Below are positions 39,239 through 48,106 of a stretch of DNA of 64,000 nt, piece by piece. Position numbers and translations under genes: made by a program. Below the pieces are notes generated by a model, which saw only the letters and a list, made by a program, of their open reading frames with translations, ran no database searches and had not been told where the DNA came from. Each line of letters starts with the position of its first letter. The stretch's first letter is position 1. The stretch covers positions 52,599-116,598 of the forward strand of contig CAZOJQ010000002.1 of assembly GCA_964580185.1 (NCBI GenBank), given 5' to 3'. This stretch comes from an uncultured Thermotogaceae bacterium (GTDB lineage Bacteria; Thermotogota; Thermotogae; MWEM01).

Positions 39239-40174
39239 ATGCGTCCATCACGGTTTTCGTACAAAAGCAAAATTCAAAAGATCGAAGAGCAATCGTCCTC
39301 CATCAATATCGTAACCTATCGAAAATTGGTATGGATGAAGTTCAAAAGCCATAAATTAGCACTATTCGGAGCGATCGTTCTGCTTGGAATGCTCGCGTTT
39401 TGCTTCATTGGACCATGGTTCACCTCCATCCAATACTACGACATGGATTTCTCCTCCATCTTCGTGCCGCCAATGACGCCCGGCCATATTTTGGGAACCG
39501 ATGAACTGGGGCAGGATACCTTTGTTCGACTGATGTATGGGGGAAGAATCTCTTTGCTGGTAGGAATCTGCTCGGCATTATTCACAACCATCATCGGCAT
39601 GGGGATCGGATTGTTCTCGGGATACTTTGGCGGTATGATCGACCGAATTCTCATGCGTTTTGTCGATGTCATGTTATCCATCCCGATGTTCCCAATCCTG
39701 CTAACCTTGACCATGGTCATTGGATCAGGGCTCTGGAATATCGTTCTGGTTCTTACCGTTTTCGGATGGATGGGTGTGTCCCGTTTGGTCCGGGGTTTGA
39801 CCTTGTCCATTCGAGAATCCGAATATGTGGTCATCGCAAGAGCTCTTGGCGTGAAGACCATACCGATTATTCTGCGGCACATCATTCCCAATGTTCTTCC
39901 GGTGGTGATCGTTTCAGCCACCCTCAACATGTCCTACGCCATCTTGGCAGAATCTTCCCTCAGCTATTTGGGTTTGGGGATCCAACCTCCTTTGCCTTCA
40001 TGGGGCAATATGCTGCAAAAATCCATGAATTATATCCTGGGAACACCCATGGGGATCAGCCCCTGGTGGCTGACCTTTTTCCCGGGGCTGTTCATCTTTA
40101 TGACTGTACTCAATGTAAACTTTCTCGGTGATGGACTGAGGGATGCCTTGGATCCCAAGTTTACCAGCGAATGA
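39239..40174 (+). CDS. Oligopeptide ABC transporter permease (OppC/DppC-like)
   Basis: Start at MRPSRF, preceded by AAGGAGGAAA. N-terminal OppC-type extension, then 6 TM. Confidence 0.85.
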   Translation: MRPSRFSYKSKIQKIEEQSSSINIVTYRKLVWMKFKSHKLALFGAIVLLGMLAFCFIGPWFTSIQYYDMDFSSIFVPPMTPGHILGTDELGQDTFVRLMYGGRISLLVGICSALFTTIIGMGIGLFSGYFGGMIDRILMRFVDVMLSIPMFPILLTLTMVIGSGLWNIVLVLTVFGWMGVSRLVRGLTLSIRESEYVVIARALGVKTIPIILRHIIPNVLPVVIVSATLNMSYAILAESSLSYLGLGIQPPLPSWGNMLQKSMNYILGTPMGISPWWLTFFPGLFIFMTVLNVNFLGDGLRDALDPKFTSE

Positions 40175-40184
40175 TCAGGAAAGG

Positions 40185-41225
40185 ATGAGATGGATGCGTC
40201 AAAAAAGCGATACAGCCTTGCAAGATCCTGAAACCATTCTCAGGGTTAAAGATCTGGAAATCTCATTCAAGACCCAATTCGGAGTCGTAACTCCTGTCGA
40301 TGATGTTCGATTCGATTTGAAAAAAGGGGAGACATTGGGAATTGTTGGGGAGTCGGGATGCGGAAAGACCATCACGGCTTTTTCGATCCTGAGATTATTG
40401 CCCAAAAATGCCATCTTGGGAACAAGGACGGAAATATCCTTTGAAGGGAAGAATGTAGCCCATTTCAGCAAAGAACAGCTCCAGAAGATTCGCGGAAAGA
40501 AGATTTCCATGATCTTTCAAGAGCCAATGACCTCATTGAACCCAGTGTATACAGTTGGGCAACAACTTTCCGAAGTGTTCATGTTGCACGAAAGGGTAAC
40601 CGAAAAGCAAGCATGGTCCAAAAGCCTTGAACTGCTTCAAATGGTTCGGATTCCGGAACCAAGCAAACGGATTCGCGATTATCCCCACTTATTGTCGGGA
40701 GGGATGAGGCAACGGGTAATGATCGCGATGGCATTGGCATGCAAACCATTGCTGTTGATTGCAGACGAACCAACGACGGCCTTGGATGTAACCATTCAGG
40801 CGCAAATCCTTGAATTGATCGATGAGTTGAGAACCAAACAGAATACAACCACCATCATCATTACACATGATCTGGGTGTTGTGGCGGAGATGTGCGACCG
40901 AGTGATCGTTATGTATGCTGGGCAGATCGTGGAAGCTGCCGAAATCTTTGCGCTGTTTTCTAACCCCAAACACCCGTATACCCAAGGCTTGATTCACTCC
41001 ATCCCTCGAATTGAAGTACCCAAACAGGATCAAAAAAGACTCCACGTGATTCCGGGGTATGTTCCGCACCCTTCCGCTTTTCCCAAAGGTTGTCGGTTTC
41101 AACCAAGATGCCAACAAGCGATGGAACGGTGTTTGCTGGAAATCCCCCCTGTTCGATCCATTCAAGGGCACCAAGTGAAATGCTGGCTCTATGAGCAAGA
41201 GGGGGACAGCCATGAACCCACCTAA
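40185..41225 (+). CDS. Oligopeptide ABC transporter ATP-binding protein (OppD-like)
   Basis: Walker A GESGCGKT, signature LSGGMRQR, and C-terminal oligopeptide-type extension with Cys motif (CRFQPRCQ). The start among MRWMRQK methionines is ambiguous. Confidence 0.85.
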   Translation: MRWMRQKSDTALQDPETILRVKDLEISFKTQFGVVTPVDDVRFDLKKGETLGIVGESGCGKTITAFSILRLLPKNAILGTRTEISFEGKNVAHFSKEQLQKIRGKKISMIFQEPMTSLNPVYTVGQQLSEVFMLHERVTEKQAWSKSLELLQMVRIPEPSKRIRDYPHLLSGGMRQRVMIAMALACKPLLLIADEPTTALDVTIQAQILELIDELRTKQNTTTIIITHDLGVVAEMCDRVIVMYAGQIVEAAEIFALFSNPKHPYTQGLIHSIPRIEVPKQDQKRLHVIPGYVPHPSAFPKGCRFQPRCQQAMERCLLEIPPVRSIQGHQVKCWLYEQEGDSHEPT

Positions 41226-42222
41226 GACTCTATGTACAGTTCAGAATCTGACAAAATGGTTTCCCGTCAAAGGGGCTCGGATTTTCGGAGAAAAGCCTTT
41301 TCTCAAAGCAGTCGATGGAGTGGATTTTCAGGTGCAAACCCGGGAGACATTGGGGCTCGTTGGAGAGTCGGGATGCGGAAAAACCACCGTCGGTCGAACC
41401 TTGATGCGGATCCATGACCCAACAGCAGGGGTCTTTCTCTATTATCCCGAGGATGCACAGAAGCACCCTGTTGATATCTTCAGTCTGAAAGCGCAACCTC
41501 TCCGAAAAGTAAAACGGCAAATCCAGATGGTCTTTCAGGATCCATACGCATCGCTAAACCCCAGAATGACAGTCCAAGACATCATTTCCGAAGGAATCCG
41601 GGCCAATCGGATGGTACGCTCCAAGAAAGGGATCATTGACCATGTTGCCGATATTATGGAAAAAGTAGGTCTGCGACCAGAATACATGAAACGGTATCCC
41701 CACGAGTTCTCAGGAGGGCAAAGGCAACGGATCGGAATTGCGCGCGTGATGATCATGAGGCCGCGCTTGGTGATCTGTGACGAACCGGTGTCAGCGCTGG
41801 ATGTTTCGGTTCAAGCACAAATCATCAATCTGCTGGAAGACTTGAAAGAAGCCTTTGATCTTACCTACCTCTTCATTGCGCATGATCTGTCGGTTGTGAA
41901 GCATATCTCTGACCGCATCGCCGTGATGTATCTGGGAAAAATCGTGGAAACCGCAGACACAGAGACTCTCTTTTCCCGTCCGCTGCATCCCTATACGGTG
42001 GGGTTGCTTAGCGCCATTCCTGTTCCGGATCCCCGCTTTCGAAAGAAAGAACAACGGGCCTTACTGACCGGAGATATCCCGTCCCCGATCAATCCACCTG
42101 ATGGTTGTCGGTTTGCCAAAAGGTGTCCGTACGTTATGGACCGTTGCAACCGGGAGAACCCTTCATGGGTCGAGCGGGAATCGGGCCATTTCGTCTCGTG
42201 TTTTCTGCATCAATCCGATTAA
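41212..42222 (+). CDS. Oligopeptide ABC transporter ATP-binding protein (OppF-like)
   Basis: Walker [10 protein letters not shown], signature FSGGQRQR, and C-terminal CRFAKRCP motif. Start at MNPPKT with an AGAGGGGGA SD. Confidence 0.85.
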   Translation: MNPPKTLCTVQNLTKWFPVKGARIFGEKPFLKAVDGVDFQVQTRETLGLVGESGCGKTTVGRTLMRIHDPTAGVFLYYPEDAQKHPVDIFSLKAQPLRKVKRQIQMVFQDPYASLNPRMTVQDIISEGIRANRMVRSKKGIIDHVADIMEKVGLRPEYMKRYPHEFSGGQRQRIGIARVMIMRPRLVICDEPVSALDVSVQAQIINLLEDLKEAFDLTYLFIAHDLSVVKHISDRIAVMYLGKIVETADTETLFSRPLHPYTVGLLSAIPVPDPRFRKKEQRALLTGDIPSPINPPDGCRFAKRCPYVMDRCNRENPSWVERESGHFVSCFLHQSD

Positions 42223-42286
42223 CAATACCTCATTGATCGGTCGAAACTCGAAAGCAGAAAGGGGTATTTTCATTCGAAACAATCAG

Positions 42287-42315
42287 TTGACAGAGGCCCA
42301 ATTTTGTGATATACT
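42287..42315 (+). promoter_or_regulatory. Consensus sigma-70 promoter (TTGACA - 17 nt - TGaTATACT)
   Basis: Perfect -35 TTGACA at 42287-42292, a 17-nt spacer, and an extended -10 TGATATACT. Read directly. Confidence 0.65.
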
Positions 42316-42357
42316 CGTAAAGTAAGCAAAAATCCTACAATAAAGGAGGCGACGCGG

Positions 42358-42462
42358 ATGTTCAACAATATGACACGAAATCGTAGCTCTATGATCGGTA
42401 ATGCTACTGTTATCGTGGGATTGGTCTGTCTCGTCGCGCCTGAAAGGAATGCTTTGTTGTAG
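42358..42462 (+). CDS. Small hydrophobic peptide (34 aa) MFNNMTRNRSSMIGNATVIVGLVCLVAPERNALL
   Basis: AAAGGAGG SD 7 nt upstream of the ATG. The consensus promoter is ~45 nt upstream and an intrinsic terminator immediately downstream. One predicted TM helix. Below the ORF-track size cutoff. Confidence 0.45.
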   Translation: MFNNMTRNRSSMIGNATVIVGLVCLVAPERNALL

Positions 42463-42487
42463 GATCCGAACAACAAACGAGAAGAAA

Positions 42488-42528
42488 CAAGAGGGCTGTG
42501 ACGAATCATAGCCCTCTTTTTTTTGCCA
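42488..42528 (+). terminator. Rho-independent terminator (AGAGGGCTgtgacgaatcatAGCCCTCT + T8)
   Basis: 9-bp GC-rich stem with a 12-nt loop, followed by TTTTTTTT. Confidence 0.65.
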
Positions 42529-42548
42529 AAATCATAGGAGGTGTACGA

Positions 42549-42671
42549 ATGAGAAGGAAAGGGTATCATCAGGGAGAACGGGCAGAAAAACATCAGCAGG
42601 TGATCCGAAAAAAGGAAGAGGTGATTTTCAATGCAAGGGAGATCCATGAAAAACCGTGGGTCGGAACGTAA
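42549..42671 (+). CDS. Possible small basic protein (40 aa) MRRKGYHQGERAEKHQQVIRKKEEVIFNAREIHEKPWVGT
   Basis: ATAGGAGGTG SD 6 nt upstream of the ATG. Lies between the terminator and the ABC ATPase gene and overlaps the 67-aa ORF 42631..42834 in another frame. Could be a leader element rather than a protein. Confidence 0.25.
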   Translation: MRRKGYHQGERAEKHQQVIRKKEEVIFNAREIHEKPWVGT

Positions 42672-42808
42672 TCGAGCGAAAGTGACGCAGTTTCGATTTG
42701 CGCAAGCCCAGAAAAAGAAAGAACGGACAAATAAGGCAGAGAACCATTCAGAACCATTTCGACCGAATCGTTGGATTCCATCAGGGACCGAAGAAGAAGG
42801 AGTGAATC

Positions 42809-43627
42809 GTGATGACGAAAAAAGATCCAGATAAGGCTCTAGAAGTACATAGTGTCGATAAAATATTTATCAAACGAAAGAACAAGCAGATCAAAGCGGT
42901 GGATCAGGTGCAGTTTTCGATAGGGAGAGGGGAGATCTTCGGTGTTTTGGGGCCGAACGGATCCGGGAAATCAACATTGATCCGAATGATATCGACTCTT
43001 CTGGTACCCGACCAAGGGACAATCGAGGTATTCGGATATGATTCAGTGAAAGAAGCGATGATGGTCCGCAAACTGATCAATCGGGTATCCGCGGAAGCCA
43101 GTTTTTTCAAAAAGCTGTCTGCAATGGAAAATCTCCTATTTACTGCCGGGTTATATGGAATTCCCAAACCCTACGCCCGGAAGAAATTGATGGAGATCTT
43201 TGAACGAGTCGGCCTTCCCGCGAAACGGGTGCATGATCCGTTGGAAGATTTTTCCCGCGGGATGCAACAAAAAGTGGCTATAGCGCGGGCGTTTTTGACG
43301 ACCCCAGCGCTCCTCCTTTTGGATGAACCGACAACGGGACTGGATCCAAGGGCGAAAAAGGAAGTGCAAAGCCTGATCCTCGAGATCCAAAAGGAACATC
43401 AGACAACCGTACTTTTAACCACACACGATATGGAGGAAGCAGATCAACTCTGTGAGCACGTTGCGATTATCCACGATGGAAAGATCGCTGCCATCGGCAC
43501 CTCTCAGGATTTGAAGAAGAAAGCTTCCCGGAACGGATCGGTTTGCACCTTGGAAGAGGTCTTTATGTTCTTCACAGGGTCCCAATTGGTCCAATATGAA
43601 GATGAGATGATTGCTGAGGTGAGTTGA
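42809..43627 (+). CDS. ABC transporter ATP-binding protein (single NBD, DrrA/ABC-2 exporter type)
   Basis: Walker A GPNGSGKST, signature FSRGMQQK, Walker B LLLLDEPT. GTG/ATG start with a GAAGGAGTG SD. Confidence 0.85.
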   Translation: MMTKKDPDKALEVHSVDKIFIKRKNKQIKAVDQVQFSIGRGEIFGVLGPNGSGKSTLIRMISTLLVPDQGTIEVFGYDSVKEAMMVRKLINRVSAEASFFKKLSAMENLLFTAGLYGIPKPYARKKLMEIFERVGLPAKRVHDPLEDFSRGMQQKVAIARAFLTTPALLLLDEPTTGLDPRAKKEVQSLILEIQKEHQTTVLLTTHDMEEADQLCEHVAIIHDGKIAAIGTSQDLKKKASRNGSVCTLEEVFMFFTGSQLVQYEDEMIAEVS

Positions 43628-43629
43628 TC

Positions 43630-44454
43630 ATGGGAAAGGTTTTTCAAGAAGCGCGCGCTGCGTGGGCCTTTATCGAACGGAATTTCAACCTGGTCAAACG
43701 GTATTGGAAATGGGAACTGGTCTTCTTTGTCTATACCGTGGCCAATTCGGTAACGATGGGCTTCATAGGGAAAGGTATAGAGAACTTCAGCGGCGTGGTT
43801 GTAGATACACAATACTTAATTCTATACATGCTTTTAGGGTCCATCCTCTGGGGATATCTGTCCATCCTTTTTGAAGTGGTGGCCGAAACAGTTGCATGGG
43901 AGCGATGGGAAGAGACGATCGAATACACATTTATGGCGCCAGTATCTCGAGCCACACACTTGTTGAGCGTCTGTGGATTCAGCATCTTTTATGGGCTCCT
44001 CCGCAGTGGATTGATCCTTTTGGTTGTGTCCGTTTTTTTCAATCTGGATCTTCAGGGCGCAAACATTTGGGCCGCAGGCGGAGTGCTCGGAATCGCCAGT
44101 CTATCCTTTATCGGGTTGGGTATGATCGCATCCATTCTGCCGTTAATCTCCCCGGAAAAAGGAGTGCAAGTGGTCCACATCTTTCAGGCGCTGTTGCTCA
44201 TGTTTTCGGGTGTCTATTATGAAGTGGAAGTTCTGCCCCATTGGATGCAGATGGTCGGACGGATTTCTCCCGCGACCTATGCACTGCGTGGGATGCGCGC
44301 AGCCATTTTGGAAGGAGAAGGGTTTTTGTCCCTGTGGATGCATTGGACCCCCTTGTTGCTCATGGGGATCATTATGCTTCCTATGGGGATCCTGATCTTC
44401 TCGTGGATGGAAACCTACGCCAAACGCCGCGGTTTGTTGAAACGGAACGGGTAA
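43630..44454 (+). CDS. ABC-2 family transporter permease
   Basis: 6 TM, ABC-2 type. Start at the ATG right after the ATPase stop, with a GAGGTGAG SD. The ORF track begins at an upstream TTG. Confidence 0.75.
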   Translation: MGKVFQEARAAWAFIERNFNLVKRYWKWELVFFVYTVANSVTMGFIGKGIENFSGVVVDTQYLILYMLLGSILWGYLSILFEVVAETVAWERWEETIEYTFMAPVSRATHLLSVCGFSIFYGLLRSGLILLVVSVFFNLDLQGANIWAAGGVLGIASLSFIGLGMIASILPLISPEKGVQVVHIFQALLLMFSGVYYEVEVLPHWMQMVGRISPATYALRGMRAAILEGEGFLSLWMHWTPLLLMGIIMLPMGILIFSWMETYAKRRGLLKRNG

Positions 44455-44616
44455 CCCTCCGAAAACAGCTTGAAATCTTGGTTCTTGCTGATGCCCCCTG
44501 TTGTGGAAAATCCCTTTTTTTGGGGTATTGCTTTATCCACGGCATTTGTGGTATATTTGGGGTAGGAAAAAACCGTGGATCCATGGGAAGATTCTACAGA
44601 AGGAGGGGGGATTACT

Positions 44617-44889
44617 GTGAACAAGAAGGAAATGGTTGACAAACTAGCAGCTGAAGCAAGTGTTTCCAAGAAAGAAGCGGGAAAACTCCTTGACTCATTC
44701 ATCAAAGTAGTAGAAGATGAATTGGCTACAGGAGGCAGTGTGCGTTTGGTGGGATTCGGTAGTTTTGTTGTTAAGCAAAACGCGGCTCGAAAGGGCGTTG
44801 ATCCCCGAACCAAAGCACCCATCAACATTCCTGCGAAAAAAGTGCCGAAATTTGTTCCCGGTAAGGAACTCAAAGAGAGAGTCCGGTAA
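44617..44889 (+). CDS. hup: DNA-binding protein HU
   Basis: GTG start after a GGAGGGGGG SD. MNKKEMVDKLA...GFGSFVVKQNAARKGVDPRTKAPINIPAKKVPKFVPGK is the canonical HU fold with a beta-arm. Confidence 0.9.
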   Translation: MNKKEMVDKLAAEASVSKKEAGKLLDSFIKVVEDELATGGSVRLVGFGSFVVKQNAARKGVDPRTKAPINIPAKKVPKFVPGKELKERVR

Positions 44890-44904
44890 CCGGAACAGGG
44901 TAAG

Positions 44905-44940
44905 AAAAAGAAAAGGGCTTGCAGATGCAAGCCCTTTTTG
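44905..44940. terminator. Bidirectional intrinsic terminator between hup (+) and csp (-)
   Basis: Stem AGGGCTTGC/GCAAGCCCT with a 4-nt loop, flanked by an A-tract upstream and TTTTT downstream. Confidence 0.7.
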
Positions 44941-44961
44941 TTTCAGAGGAAAAAAGCAAAA

Positions 44962-45165
44962 TTATCCAATAAGGTGTACGTTTGCGGCCTGAGGACCTTT
45001 GGGCCCATCCGTAACCTCAAACTCTACCGCTTGTCCTTCTTCCAATGTGCGGAATCCATCAGCCTGAATGGCAGAAAAATGGACAAAAACATCGGGGCCA
45101 TCTTCCTGTGAGATGAATCCGTACCCCTTTTTCCCATCGAACCACTTTACTGTACCTTTTAACAT
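44962..45165 (-). CDS. csp: Cold-shock protein (CspA family)
   Basis: [33 protein letters not shown] with RNP1/RNP2 motifs. 67 aa. Start trimmed to MLKG, with an AGGAGGA SD. The long upstream region is a 5'UTR typical of csp genes. Confidence 0.9.
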   Translation of the reverse strand: MLKGTVKWFDGKKGYGFISQEDGPDVFVHFSAIQADGFRTLEEGQAVEFEVTDGPKGPQAANVHLIG

Positions 45166-45346
45166 CCTGCATCCTCCTACATCAATAATACTTCTCTTTA
45201 ACGAAAAGCTTATGTGTATCATACTCTTTTTTTCTTGATTTGTCAAGGTTTGGATCAGATTCGTATATCCCTATGCGAGGGAGAGAGCCTAAAACAAGCA
45301 TCGGATTGTGATATAATCAAGAACCCGTGGAAAAACAGGAGTCAAT

Positions 45347-46249
45347 ATGGCTATTCATGAGATCGAAGCAAAAACCGTTTTGCATTACCATAAAAGGAAA
45401 ACGGCCACCCACTGGGATATAAACATATATCGGGGATGTGGCCACGGATGTCGGTATTGCTTTGCTCGCTACACGCATGAATATGTTTCCGTGGCAAACC
45501 CTTCGGATCACGCGTTCTTCCAAGAAATCTTCGTGAAGACAAACGCGCCTCAGGTTTTGGAACGCCAACTTCGATCGCCTCGGTGGAAAGGAGATCCGAT
45601 CACCATCGGAGGGGTAAGCGATTCCTACCAGCCAATTGAAGACAGATACCAAATCATGCCTGAAATCTTGCAGATCATGATCAAGTACCGAAATCCGATT
45701 GTACTCTCGACAAAATCCACCCGCATTCTCAGGGACCTTTCGCTGTTCGAACGACTTGCTCAGGTGTGTCCGGTGCATGTGGGTGTCTCTGTATCTACAC
45801 TGGATCCCTCTGTTCAAAAAGTATTGGAACCCCACGCTTCTCCGACTATGGACCGATTTGAACTCCTCCGCGCTTTCCGTAAGATTGGCTGTGGGACCAG
45901 CATTTTGATGATGCCAATCGTTCCTTGGATCACCGACTCCTATGAGAATTTGGAAGCGCTGATCCATATGGCGCATCAAGTCGGTGCACAAGACCTGATT
46001 TCTGGTAGTCTCCGCTTACGAGGAAATACCCGTGAAGTCTTCTTCCGATTTTTGGAGCAGGAGTATCCGGGTCTGAAAGAGAAGTATCAGGATCTGTACG
46101 CGGGCGAGAAACCGGAAAAATCGTATCGGTACAGGATGAACCGCCAGATTCAAACGCTTTTAGCCCAGTATCCGCTGAGTTCTCCTCAGAAACCGGTAGA
46201 TCAAGCCCCTCACCCCTACAAAAAACCCGAACAGCTTCGGCTATTCTAA
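45347..46249 (+). CDS. Radical SAM protein, SplB/DNA-repair-photolyase-like (COG1533 family)
   Basis: CGHGCRYC (Cx3Cx2C) near the N-terminus. Overall similarity pattern to spore-photoproduct-lyase-like proteins. 300 aa. Confidence 0.65.
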   Translation: MAIHEIEAKTVLHYHKRKTATHWDINIYRGCGHGCRYCFARYTHEYVSVANPSDHAFFQEIFVKTNAPQVLERQLRSPRWKGDPITIGGVSDSYQPIEDRYQIMPEILQIMIKYRNPIVLSTKSTRILRDLSLFERLAQVCPVHVGVSVSTLDPSVQKVLEPHASPTMDRFELLRAFRKIGCGTSILMMPIVPWITDSYENLEALIHMAHQVGAQDLISGSLRLRGNTREVFFRFLEQEYPGLKEKYQDLYAGEKPEKSYRYRMNRQIQTLLAQYPLSSPQKPVDQAPHPYKKPEQLRLF

Positions 46250-46274
46250 CAACCGATCCTCTGGATTTTTGGTA

Positions 46275-46328
46275 AGTAATCAGTTACCAGCAAGTATTCA
46301 GTTACCGGCAAGGAATCAGGTACCGTTG
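46275..46328. repeat. Three tandem ~18-nt imperfect direct repeats (gtaATCAGTTACCaGCAA / gtaTTCAGTTACCgGCAA / ggaATCAGGTACCgttgt)
   Basis: Read directly in the convergent intergenic region between the radical SAM gene and asd. The last unit overlaps the asd stop. Confidence 0.5.
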
Positions 46329-47293
46329 TTATTTCGAAGCGCCCGTTCCATAATCCGAAGGGCGTTGGTGGCAGCCCCAACGCGGACATTATCCGCTACG
46401 ATCCACATCATCAGCTCGCGGGGCCCTACGAAGCGAAGGCGGCTAATTCCTGTATGATCGCTGCCCGCAAATTCTTGGGGAGTATGATACCCATCGCTTC
46501 TTTGGATATGAAGGGTCCGATCGACAATCCGCGCGATTTCATGTTTTGAAGGGATTGGCTCCGATGTGCGCACGAACACGGCTTCGGAATGGCCATACAC
46601 TACCGGGACCCGTACACAGGTCGGGAAAATGCGGATATTCGGGTCATTAAGGATTTTCCGGGTTTCGTCGATCATCTTCCGTTCTTCGGTTGTGAATCCA
46701 TCTTCTTGGGAATCGCCAATGATAGGGATCACGTTCTCATGGATCACATTGGGGAAATGGCCATGTTCCAGAGAACCCTCCTGTTGAGACCGGAACTCAA
46801 GAATCCCCGTATTGCCTGCCCCAGAAACCGATTGAAAGGTAACGACAACGATTTCTTCAATACCCCACTCCATATGAATCCCGTATAGGCCCAATACCAT
46901 TTGAATGGTCGAGCAGTTTGGGTTGGCAACAATCCCTTGATAGGCGTTCAAAAGAGACCCATTGACTTCGGGCACGATCAAGGGGATATGGGGGTCTTTT
47001 CGAAAAGCCGAAGAGTTGTCGATGACGATCGGAGTATGCGCAGCTCCGATAGGAGCGTATTTCCGAGCAATATCAGAGCCAGCGGAGAAGAAAAGGAAAT
47101 CATAGGTGTGGGAAAGGGCTTCTGGGGAAAGGCGTTGAATCGGGATCTCCTTTCCATGAAAGGGAATGGATCGCCCGAGCGACCGCTCCGATGCGAAAAG
47201 ATCCAACTGACTCACACCGATCGGGTGTTCTTGAAGCAACTGAATCATGGTTCTCCCAACCAACCCTGTCGCGCCAACAATCCCTATTTTCAC
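46316..47293 (-). CDS. asd: Aspartate-semialdehyde dehydrogenase
   Basis: NAD(P) motif GIVGATGLVG, active-site NCSTIQ. 325 aa. Confidence 0.9.
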   Translation of the reverse strand: MKIGIVGATGLVGRTMIQLLQEHPIGVSQLDLFASERSLGRSIPFHGKEIPIQRLSPEALSHTYDFLFFSAGSDIARKYAPIGAAHTPIVIDNSSAFRKDPHIPLIVPEVNGSLLNAYQGIVANPNCSTIQMVLGLYGIHMEWGIEEIVVVTFQSVSGAGNTGILEFRSQQEGSLEHGHFPNVIHENVIPIIGDSQEDGFTTEERKMIDETRKILNDPNIRIFPTCVRVPVVYGHSEAVFVRTSEPIPSKHEIARIVDRTLHIQRSDGYHTPQEFAGSDHTGISRLRFVGPRELMMWIVADNVRVGAATNALRIMERALRNNNGT

Positions 47294-47446
47294 AGCCGGT
47301 TTCTCCGATTTATGGGGTTAATCCTCCCCAAAGAATGCGATCGAATGGACTTCCGGTCGATTATATCACATCCCCTGCGCGAAAGTTTCCCAAAGAGTTT
47401 GTGGTATAATCCTTCCAAAGGAGGTGGTGCCGGTTTCGGCGAATGT

Positions 47447-48106
47447 ATGAAACAAAAGGTGATCCATATTCAAACTGCGGTGGATATGATTCCTCAAGCG
47501 GCCTCTCTGATGATCGGAGGGTTTTTGGGCGATGGATCCCCCGATTCCATGATCGAACGCCTGTTGGAGTGCACCAACGGCGGATTCACCATCATTGCCA
47601 ACGATACGGCCTTTCCCGACAAGGGAATTGGCAAACTGATTGTAGCCCAAAAAGCGGCGCGTGTCATCGTTTCTCACATCGGCACCAATCCAGAAACCCA
47701 GAAACAGATGATCGATGGGCGTTTGGATGTGGAGCTTGTACCTCAAGGGACTTTGGCGGAACAAGTCCGAGCGGCGGGATTTGGCTTGGGAGGAATCCTA
47801 ACCCCAACAGGAGTCGGTACCATCGCTGAGAAGGGGAAACAGAAAATCACCATAGAAGGTAGGGAGTATCTGGTAGCCCTTCCCATCTTCGCGGATTTTG
47901 CCCTCATTCGGGCCAAAAGGGCTGATTATTTGGGCAATCTCTCTTTTTCGCTCACGGGGCGGAACTTCAATCCCCTTATGGCATTTGCCGCTCGCACTGT
48001 AATCGCTGAGGTGGACGAACTTTTGCCGGTCGGTGGTCTGCCACCTGACGAGATCGTTGTCCCGCATGCTGTGGTAGACTATCTGGTAAGGAGGGATGTC
48101 CAATGA
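47447..48106 (+). CDS. scoA: 3-oxoacid CoA-transferase subunit A (ScoA/AtoD-like)
   Basis: CoA-transferase family I alpha motifs (MIGGFLGDGSP, LAEQVRAAGFGLGG). Start at MKQKVI. The upstream 180 codons of the ORF are unsupported. Confidence 0.85.
   Translation: MKQKVIHIQTAVDMIPQAASLMIGGFLGDGSPDSMIERLLECTNGGFTIIANDTAFPDKGIGKLIVAQKAARVIVSHIGTNPETQKQMIDGRLDVELVPQGTLAEQVRAAGFGLGGILTPTGVGTIAEKGKQKITIEGREYLVALPIFADFALIRAKRADYLGNLSFSLTGRNFNPLMAFAARTVIAEVDELLPVGGLPPDEIVVPHAVVDYLVRRDVQ

Noticed and set aside
42270-42647. 125-aa minus-strand ORF across the small-peptide locus
   Set aside because: Antisense to the promoter/SD/terminator cassette. It would start inside the terminator hairpin. No SD. Product has no motif.
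44455-44616. Possible terminator for the ABC-2 operon upstream of hup
   Set aside because: A T7 run follows ggaaaatccc, but I could not pair a convincing stem. A TTGCTT / TGGTATATT promoter for hup is more defensible. Left unannotated.
47443-47829. 128-aa ORF from the first ATG upstream of scoA (47443) and the long 401-aa ORF 46901..48106
   Set aside because: The 47443 frame gives a His/Arg-rich nonsense product. The CoA-transferase alpha motifs are in the frame starting ATG 47447. The 5' 180 codons of the 401-aa ORF are antisense to asd.
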